Shown here piece by piece: positions 54,740-64,000 of a stretch of DNA of 64,000 nt. The position numbers and the translations under genes are program-made. The stretch covers positions 81,840,001 to 81,904,000 of the forward strand of contig OZ024746.1 in assembly GCA_964016885.1 (NCBI GenBank), read 5' to 3'. The notes beneath the pieces were generated by a model. The model was not told the origin of the DNA, ran no database searches, and was given only the letters and a program-made list of their open reading frames with translations. The DNA is from Eledone cirrhosa (Eukaryota). Positions within the stretch are counted from its first letter, which is position 1. Each line of letters opens with the position of its first letter.

Positions 54740-57700
54740 TGTCTGTCCAGTTTACTGTATGTCACTGTCTGCCCGGTTAGCTATGTGCCCCTGTCTGTCT
54801 AGTTTTCTGTGTGTAACTGTCTGTCCAGTTTTCTGTGTGCCACTGTCTATTCAGTTTTCTGTGTTTCAGTGTCTGCCCAGTTAGCTATGTTTCACTGTCT
54901 GTCCAGTTTTCTGTATGTCATTGTCTACCCAGTTTTTTTGTGTGCCACTGTCTGTCCACTTTTCTGTATGCAACTGTCTGTCCAGTTTTTTTGTGTGCCA
55001 CTGTCTATTCAGTTTTCTGTGTTTCAGTGTCTGCCCTGTTTTCTGTGTGACACGGTCTATTCAGTTTTCTGTGTTTCAGTGTCTGCCCTGTTTTCTGTGT
55101 TTCAGTGTCTGCCCTGTTTTCTGTGTGCCACTGTCTATTCAGTTTTCCGTGTTTCAGTGTCTGCCCTGTTTTCTGTCTGCCACTGTCCATTCAGTTTTCT
55201 GTGTTTCAGTGTCTGCCCTGTTTTCTGTGTGACACGGTCTATTCAGTTTTCTGTGTTTCAGTGTCTGCCCTGTTTTCTGTGTTTCAGTGTCTGCCCTGTT
55301 TTCTGTGTGCCACTGTCTATTCAGTTTTCTGTGTTTCAGTGTCTGCCCAGTTTTCTGTCTGTCACTGTCTATTCAGTTTTCTGTGTTTCAGTGTCTGCCT
55401 TGTTTTCTGTGTGCCACTATCTATTCAGTTTTCTGTGTTTCAGTGTCTGCCCTGTTTTCTGTGTGCCACTGTCTATTCAGTTTTCTGTGTTTCAGTGTCT
55501 GCCCTGTTTTCTGTGTGCCACTGTCTATTCAGTTTTCTGTGTTTCAGTGTCTGCCCTGTTTTCTGTGTGCCACTGTCTATTCAGTTTTCTGTGTTTCAGT
55601 GTCTGCCCTGTTTTCTGTGTGCCACTGTCTATTCAGTTTTCTGTGTTTCAGTGTCTGCCCTGTTTTCTGTGTGCCACTATCTATTCAGTTTTCTGTGTTT
55701 CAGTGTCTGCCCTGTTTTCTGTGTGCCTCTGTCTATTCAGTTTTCTGTGTTTCAGTGTCTGCCCTATTTTCTGTGTTTCAGTGTCTGCCCTGTTTTCTGT
55801 GTGCCATTGTCTATTCAGTTTTCTGTGCTTCAGTGTCTGCCCTGTTTTCTGTGTACCACTATCTATTCAGTTTTCTGTGTTTCAGTGTCTGCCCTGTTTT
55901 CTGTGTGCCATTGTCTATTCAGTTTTCTGTGTTTCAGTGTCTGCCCTGTTTTCTGTGTGCCATTGTCTATTCAGTTTTCTGTGCTTCAGTGTCTGCCCTG
56001 TTTTCTGTGTGCCACTATCTATTCAGTTTTCTGTGTTTCAGTGTCTGCCCTGTTTTCTGTGTGCCATTGTCTATTCAGTTTTCTGTGTTTCAGTGTCTGC
56101 CCTGTTTTCTGTGTGCCATTGTCTATTCAGTTTTCTGTGTTTCAGTGTCTGCCCTGTTTTCTGTGTGCCTCTGTCTATTCAGTTTTCTGTGTTTCAGTGT
56201 CTGCCCTGTTTTCTGTGTTTCAGTGTCTGCCCTGTTTTCTGTGTGCCATTGTCTATTCAGTTTTCTGTGTTTCAGTGTCTGCCCTGTTTTCTGTGTGCCA
56301 CTATCTATTCAGTTTTCTGTGTTTCAGTGTCTGCCCTGTTTTCTGTGTGCCACTATCTATTCAGTTTTCTGTGTTTCAGTCTCTGCCCTGTTTTCTGTGT
56401 GCCACTATCTATTCAGTTTTCTGTGTTTCAGTGTCTGCCCTGTTTTCTGTGTGCCTCTGTCTATTCAGTTTTCTGTGTTTCAGTGTCTGCCCTGTTTTCT
56501 GTGTTTCAGTGTCTGCCCTGTTTTCTGTGTGCCATTGTCTATTCAGTTTTCTGTGTTTCAGTGTCTGCCCTGTTTTCTGTGTGCCACTATCTATTCAGTT
56601 TTCTGTGTTTCAGTGTCTGCCCTGTTTTCTGTGTGCTACTGTCTATTCAGTTTTCTGTGTTTCATTGTCTGCCCTGTTTTCTGTGTGCCACTATCTATTC
56701 AGTTTTCTGTGTTTCAGTGTCTGCCCTGTTTTCTGTGTGCCTCTGTCTATTCAGTTTTCTGTGTTTCAGTGTCTGCCCTGTTTTCTGTGTGCCACTGTCT
56801 ATTCAGTTTTCTGTGTTTCATTGTCTGCCCTGTTTTCTGTGTGCCACTATCTATTCGGTTTTCTGTGTTTCAGTGTCTGCCCTGTTTTCTGTGTGCCTCT
56901 GTCTATTCAGTTTTCTGTGTTTCAGTGTCTGCCCTGTTTTCTGTGTGCCACTGTCTATTCAGTTTTCTGTGTTTCATTGTCTGCCCTGTTTTCTGTGTGC
57001 CACTATCTATTCAGTTTTCTGTGTTTCAGTGTCTGCCCTGTTTTCTGTGTGCCACTATCTATTCAATTTTCTGTGTTTCAGTGTCTGCCCTGTTTTCTGT
57101 GTGCCTCTGTCTATTCAGTTTTCTGTGTTTCAGTGTCTGCCCTGTTTTCTGTGTTTCAGTGTCTGCCCTGTTTTCTGTGTGCCATTGTCTATTCAGTTTT
57201 CTGTGTTTCAGTGTCTGCCCTGTTTTCTGTGTGCCACTATCTATTCAGTTTTCTGTGTTTCAGTGTCTGCCCTGTTTTCTGTGTGCCACTGTCTATTCAG
57301 TTTTCTGTGTTTCAGTGTCTGCCCTGTTTTCTGTGTGCCTCTGTCTATTCAGTTTTCTGTGTTTCAGTGTCTGCCCTGTTTTCTGTGTTTCAGTGTCTGC
57401 CCTGTTTTCTGTGTGCCATTGTCTATTCAGTTTTCTGTGTTTCAGTGTCTGCCCTGTTTTCTGTGTGCCACTGTCTATTCAGTTTTCTGTGTTTCAGTGT
57501 CTGCACTGTTTTCTGTGTGCCACTGTCTATTCAGTTTTCTGTGTTTCAGTGTCTGCCCTGTTTTCTGTGTGCCATTGTCTATTCAGTTTTCTGTGTTTCA
57601 GTGTCTGCCCTGTTTTCTGTGTGCCACTGTCTATTCAGTTTTCTGTGTTTCAGTCTCTGCCCTGTTTTCTGTGTGCCTCTGTCTATTCAGTTTTCTGTGT

Positions 57701-60700
57701 TTCAGTGTCTGCCCTGTTTTCTGTGTTTCAGTGTCTGCCCTGTTTTCTGTGTTTCAGTGTCTGCCCTGTTTTCTGTGTGCCACTGTCTATTCAGTTTTCT
57801 GTGTGCCACTATCTATTCAGTTTTCTGTGTGCCACTGTCTATTCAGTTTTCTGTGTGCCACTATCTATTCAGTTTCCTGTGTTTCAGTGTCTGCCCTGTT
57901 TTCTGTGTGCCACTATCTATTCAGTTTTCTGTGTTTCAGTGTCTGCCCTGTTTTCTGTGTGCCACTGTCGATTCAGTTTTCTGTGTTTCAGTGTCTGCCC
58001 TGTATTCTGTGTGCCACTGTCTATTCAGTTTTCTGTGTTTCAGTGTCTGCCCTGTTTTCTGTGTGCCACTGTCTATTCAGTTTTCTGTGTTTCAGTGTCT
58101 GCCCTGTATTCTGTGTGCCACTGTCTATTCAGTTTTCTGTGTTTCAGTGTCTGCCCTGTTTTCTGTGTGCCACTGTCCATTCAGTTTTCTGTGTTTCAGT
58201 GTCTGCCCTGTTTTCTGTGTGCCACTGTCTATTCAGTTTTCTGTGTTTCAGTGTCTGCCCTGTTTTCTGTGTGCCACTGTCCATTCAGTTTTCTGTGTTT
58301 CAGTGTCTGCCCTGTTTTCTGTGTGACACTGTCTATTCAGTTTTCTGTGTTTCAGTGTCTGCCTAGTTTTCTGTGTGCCACTGTCTATTCAGTTTTCTGT
58401 GTCCCACTATCTATTCAGTTTTCTGTGTTTCAGTGTCTGCCCTGTTTTCTGTGTGCCACTGTCTATTCAGTTTTCTGTGTTTCAGTGTCTGCCCTGTTTT
58501 CTGTGTGCCACTGTCTATTCAGTTTTCTGTGTTTCAGTGTCTGCCCTGTTTTCTGTGTGCCACTGTCTATTCAGTTTTCTGTGTTTCAGTGTCTGCCCAG
58601 TTTTCTGTGTGCCACTGTCTATTCAGTTTTCTGTGTGCCACTATCTATTCAGTTTTCTGTGTTTCAGTGTCTGCCCAGTTTTCTGTGTGCCACTGTCTAT
58701 TCAGTTTTCTGTGTGCCACTATCTATTCAGTTTTCTGTGTTTCAGTGTCTGCCCTGTTTTCTGTGTGCCACTGTCTATTCAGTTTTCTGTGTTTCAGTGT
58801 CTGCCCTGTTTTCTGTGTGCCACTGTCTATTCAGTTTTCTGTGTTTCAGTGTCTGCCCTGTTTTCTGTGTGCCACTGTCTATTCAGTTTTCTGTGTGCCA
58901 CTATCTATTCAGTTTTCTGTGTTTCAGTGTCTGCCCTGTTTTCTGTGTGCCACTGTCTATTCAGTTTTCTGTGTGCCACTATCTATTCAGTTTTCTGTGT
59001 TTCAGTGTCTGCCCTGTTTTCTGTGTGCCACTGTCTATTCAGTTTTCTGTGTTTCAGTGTCTGCCCTGTTTTCTGTGTGCCACTATCTATTCAGTTTTCT
59101 GTGTTTCAGTGTCTGCCCTGTTTTCTGTGTGCCACTGTCTATTCAGTTTTCTGTGTTTCAGTGTCTGCCCTGTTTTCTGTGTGCCACTGTCTATTCAGTT
59201 TTCTGTGTTTCAGTGTCTGCCCAGTTTTCTGTGTGCCACTATCTATTCAGTTTTCTGTGTTTCAGTGTCTGCCCTGTTTTCTGTGTGCCACTGTCTATTC
59301 AGTTTTCTGTGTTTCAGTGTCTGCCCTGTTTTCTGTGTGCCACTGTCTATTCAGTTTTCTGTGTGCCACTATCTATTCAGTTTTCTGTGTTTCAGTGTCT
59401 GCCCTGTTTTCTGTGTGCCACTGTCTATTCAGTTTTCTGTGTTTCAGTGTCTGCCCTGTTTTCTGTGTGCCACTATCTATTCAGTTTTCTGTGTTTCAGT
59501 GTCTGCCCTGTTTTCTGTGTGCCACTGTCTATTCAGTTTTCTGTGTTTCAGTGTCTGCCCTGTTTTCTGTGTGCCACTGTCTATTCAGTTTTCTGTGTTT
59601 CAGTGTCTGCCCTGTTTTCTGTGTGCCACTATCTATTCATTTTTCTGTGTTTCAGTGTCTGCCCTGTTTTCTGTGTGCCACTGTCTATTCAGTTTTCTGT
59701 GTTTCAGTGTCTGCCCTGTTTTCTGTGTGCCACTGTCTATTCAGTTTTCTGTGTGCCACTATCTATTCAGTTTTCTGTGTTTCAGTGTCTGCCCTGTTTT
59801 CTGTGTGCCACTGTCTATTCAGTTTTCTGTGTTTCAGTGTCTGCCCTGTTTTCTGTGTGCCACAATCTATTCAGTTTTCTGTGTTTCAGTGTCTGCCCTG
59901 TTTTCTGTGTGCCACTGTCTATTCAGTTTTCTGTGTTTCAGTGTCTGCCCTGTTTTCTGTGTGCCACTGTCTATTCAGTTTTCTGTGTTTCAGTGTCTGC
60001 CCAGTTTTCTGTGTGCCACTATCTATTCAGTTTTCTGTGTTTCAGTGTCTGCCCTGTTTTCTGTGTGCCACTGTCTATTCAGTTTTCTGTGTTTCAGTGT
60101 CTGCCCTGTTTTCTGTGTGCCACTGTCTATTCAGCTTTCTGTGTTTCAGTGTCTGCCCTGTTTTCTGTGTGCCACTGTCTATTCAGTTTTCTGTGTTTCA
60201 GTGTCTGCCCTGTTTTCTGTGTGCCACTGTCTATTCAGTTTTCTGTGTTTCAGTGTCTGCCCTGTGTTCTGTGTGCCACTGTCTATTCAGTTTTCTGTGT
60301 TTCAGTGTCTGCCCTGTTTTCTGTGTGCCACTGTCTATTAGGTTTTCTGTGTTTCAGTGTCTGCCCTGTTTTCTGTGTGCCACTGTCTATTCAGTTTTCT
60401 GTGTTTCAGTGTCTGCCCTGTTTTCTGTGTGCCACTATCTATTCAGTTTTCTGTGTTTCAGTGTCTGCCCTGTTTTCTGTGTGCCACTGTCTATTCAGTT
60501 TTCTGTGTTTCAGTGTCTGCCCTGTTTTCTGTGTGCCTCTGTCTATTCAGTTTTCTGTGTTTCAGTGTCTGCCCTGTTTTCTGTGTTTCAGTGTCTGCCC
60601 TGTATTCTGTGTGCCATTGTCTATTCAGTATTCTGTGTTTCAGTGTCTGCCCTGTTTTCTGTGTGCCACTGTCTATTCAGTTTTCTGTGTTTCAGTGTCT

Positions 60701-63700
60701 GCCCTGTTTTCTGTGTGCCACTGTCTATTCAGTTTTCTGTGTTTCAGTGTCTGCCCTGTTTTCTGTGTGCCATTGTCTATTCAGTTTTCTGTGTTTCAGT
60801 GTCTGCCCTGTTTTCTGTGTGCCACTGTCTATTCAGTTTTCTGTGTTTCAGTCTCTGCCCTGTTTTCTGTGTGCCTCTGTCTATACAGTTTTCTGTGTTT
60901 CAGTGTCTGCCCTGTTTTCTGTGTTTCAGTGTCTGCCCTGTTTTCTGTGTTTCAGTGTCTGCCCTGTTTTCTGTGTGCCACTGTCTATGCAGTTTTCTGT
61001 GTGCCACTATCTATTCAGTTTTCTGTGTGCCACTGTCTATTCAGTTTTCTGTGTGCCACTATCTATTCAGTTTCCTGTGTTTCAGTGTCTGCCCTGTTTT
61101 CTGTGTGCCACTATCTATTCAGTTTTCTGTGTTTCAGTGTCTGCCCTGTTTTCTGTGTGCCACTGTCTATTCAGTTTTCTGTGTTTCAGTGTCTGCCCTG
61201 TATTCTGTGTGCCACTGTCTATTCAGTTTTCTGTGTTTCAGTGTCTGCCCTGTTTTCTGTGTGCCACTGTCTATTCAGTTTTCTGTGTTTCAGTGTCTGC
61301 CCTGTATTCTGTGTGCCACTGTCTATTCAGTTTTCTGTGTTTCAGTGTCTGCCCTGTTTTCTGTGTGCCACTGTCCATTCAGTTTTCTGTGTTTCAGTGT
61401 CTGCCCTGTTTTCTGTGTGCCACTGTCTATTCAGTTTTCTGTGTTTCAGTGTCTGCCCTGTTTTCTGTGTGCCACTAACTATTCAGTTTTCTGTGTGCCA
61501 CTGTCTATTCAGTTTTCTGTGTGCCACTATCTATTCAGTTTTCTGTGTTTCAGTGTCTGCCCAGTTTTCTGTGTGCCACTGTCTATTCAGTTTTCTGTGT
61601 GCCACTATCTATTCAGTTTTCTGTGTTTCAGTGTCTGCCCTGTTTTCTGTGTGCCACTGTCTATTCAGTTTTCTGTGTTTCAGTGTCTGCCCTGTTTTCT
61701 GTGTGCCACTGTCTATTCAGTTTTCTGTGTTTCAGTGTCTGCCCTGTTTTCTGTGTGCCACTGTCTATTCAGTTTTCTGTGTTTCAGTGTCTGCCCTGTT
61801 TTCTGTGTGCCACTGTCTATTCAGTTTTCTGTGTTTCAGTGTCTGCCCTGTTTTCTTTGTGCCACTGTCTATTCAGTTTTCTGTGTTTCAGTGTCTGCCC
61901 TGTTTTCTGTGTGCCACTGTCTATTCAGTTTTCTGTGTTTCAGTGTCTGCCCAGTTTTCTGTGTGCCACTGTCTATTCAGTTTTCTGTGTGCCACTATCT
62001 ATTCAGTTTTCTGTGTTTCAGTGTCTGCCCAGTTTTCTGTGTGCCACTGTCTATTCAGTTTTCTGTGTGCCACTATCTATTCAGTTTTCTGTGTTTCAGT
62101 GTCTGCCCTGTTTTCTGTGTGCCACTGTCTATTCAGTTTTCTGTGTTTCAGTGTCTGCCCTGTTTTCTGTGTGCCACTGTCTATTCAGTTTTCTGTGTTT
62201 CAGTGTCTGCCCAGTTTTCTGTGTGCCACTGTCTATTCAGTTTTCTGTGTGCCACTATCTATTCAGTTTTCTGTGTTTCAGTGTCTGCCCAGTTTTCTGT
62301 GTGCCACTGTCTATTCAGTTTTCTGTGTGCCACTATCTATTCAGTTTTCTGTGTTTCAGTGTCTGCCCTGTTTTCTGTGTGCCACTGTCTATTCAGTTTT
62401 CTGTGTTTCAGTGTCTGCCCTGTTTTCTGTGTGCCACTGTCTATTCAGTTTTCTGTGTGCCACTATCTATTCAGTTTTCTGTGTTTCAGTGTCTGCCCTG
62501 TTTTCTGTGTGCCACTGTCTATTCAGTTTTCTGTGTTTCAGTGTCTGCCCTGTTTTCTGTGTACCACTGTCTATTCAGTTTTCTGTGTTTCAGTGTCTGC
62601 CCTGTTTTCTGTGTGCCACTGTCTATTCAGCTTTCTGTGTTTCAGTGTCTGCCCTGTTTTCTGTGTGCCACTGTCTATTCAGTTTTCTGTGTGCCACTAT
62701 CTATTCAGTTTTCTGTGTTTCAGTGTCTGCCCTGTTTTCTGTGTGCCACTGTCTATTCAGTTTTCTGTGTGCCACTATCTATTCAGTTTTCTGTGTTTCA
62801 GTGTCTGCCCTGTTTTCTGTGTGCCACTATCTATTCAGCTTTCTGTGTGCCACTATCTATTCAGCTTTCTGTGTTTCAGTGTCTGCCCTGTTTTCTGTGT
62901 GCCACTGTCTATTCAGCTTTCTGTGTTTCAGTGTCTGCCCTGTTTTCTGTGTGCCACTGTCTATTCAGTTTTCTGTGTGCCACTATCTATTCAGTTTTCT
63001 GTGTTTCAGTGTCTGCCCTGTTTTCTGTGTGCCACTGTCTATTCAGTTTTCTGTGTGCCACTATCTATTCAGTTTTCTGTGTTTCAGTGTCTGCCCTGTT
63101 TTCTGTGTGCCACTGTCTATTCAGTTTTCTGTGTTTCAGTGTCTGCCCTGTTTTCTGTGTGCCACTATCTATTCAGTTTTCTGTGTTTCAGTGTCTGCCC
63201 TGTTTTCTGTGTGCCACTGTCTATTCAGTTTTCTGTGTTTCAGTGTCTGCCCTGTTTTCTGTGTGCCACTGTCTATTTAGTTTTCTGTGTTTCAGTGTCT
63301 GCCCAGTTTTCTGTGTGCCACTATCTATTCAGTTTTCTGTGTTTCAGTGTCTGCCCTGTTTTCTGTGTGCCACTGTCTATTCAGTTTTCTGTGTTTCAGT
63401 GTCTGCCCTGTTTTCTGTGTGCCACTGTCTATTCAGTTTTCTGTGTTTCAGTGTCTGCCCTGTTTTCTGTGTGCCACTGTCTATTCAGTTTTCTGTGTTT
63501 CAGTGTCTGCCCTGTTTTCTGTGTGCCACTATCTATTCAGTTTTCTGTGTTTCAGTGTCTGCCCTGTTTTCTGTGTGCCACTGTCTATTCAGTTTTCTGT
63601 GTTTCAGTGTCTGCCCTGTTTTCTGTGTGCCACTGTCTATTCAGTTTTCTGTGTGCCACTATCTATTCAGTTTTCTGTGTTTCAGTGTCTGCCCTGTTTT

Positions 63701-64000
63701 CTGTGTGCCACTGTCTATTCAGTTTTCTGTGTTTCAGTGTCTGCCCTGTTTTCTGTGTGCCACTATCTATTCAGTTTTCTGTGTTTCAGTGTCTGCCCTG
63801 TTTTCTGTGTGCCACTGTCTATTCAGTTTTCTGTGTTTCAGTGTCTGCCCTGTTTTCTGTGTGCCACTGTCTATTCAGTTTTCTGTGTTTCAGTGTCTGC
63901 CCAGTTTTCTGTGTGCCACTATCTATTCAGTTTTCTGTGTTTCAGTGTCTGCCCTGTTTTCTGTGTGCCACTGTCTATTCAGTTTTCTGTGTTTCAGTGT
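54740..64000. repeat. Satellite array of two related 26-bp monomers (A gtgccactgtctattcagttttctgt, B gtttcagtgtctgccctgttttctgt), mostly as a 52-bp AB dimer; runs off the window
   Basis: Direct inspection; degenerate left edge at 54740-55000. Confidence 0.97.

Noticed and set aside
54809-63280. Very long Cys/Phe/Val/Ser-rich ORFs (1073-1684 aa)
   Set aside because: The T-rich satellite strand lacks stops in all three frames and gives the same periodic peptide; substitutions show no codon structure
54740-64000. CRISPR-like alternation of 26-bp units
   Set aside because: Both alternating units are repeats, there are no unique spacers or cas genes, and the context is eukaryotic

Overview
AT-rich, repeat-dominated animal genomic DNA. 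The SINE families and microsatellite load suggest a mollusc, most likely an octopus; this is an inference. The only host coding sequence I recognise is the 58-nt first coding exon of a HAD-family pseudouridine-5'-phosphatase (PUDP/HDHD1-like) on the minus strand at 40391-40448. No later exon was recognised, so 1-40 kb is probably intronic. The rest is two tRNA-headed SINE families, decayed RTE, CR1-group and CRE retrotransposons, a hAT transposase relic, Helitron relics, TTAA-flanked MITEs, a 17-bp minisatellite and a >9 kb 26/52-bp satellite at the right end. A 5'-truncated Penelope-like element (RT + GIY-YIG, open ORF) sits at 37.3-39.0 kb. The most notable signal is nine minimal type-I hammerhead ribozyme motifs read directly from the sequence (seven with an intact core, two with one core substitution). 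One lies in the Penelope element's 3' region. The others lie in several unrelated short non-coding elements, mostly embedded in (AT)n microsatellites, and six cluster at 43-50 kb. They include a 300-bp palindrome with one hammerhead on each strand. This looks like a diverse population of Penelope-mobilised, ribozyme-bearing, retrozyme-like elements. Most ORFs in the supplied track are microsatellite or satellite artefacts.
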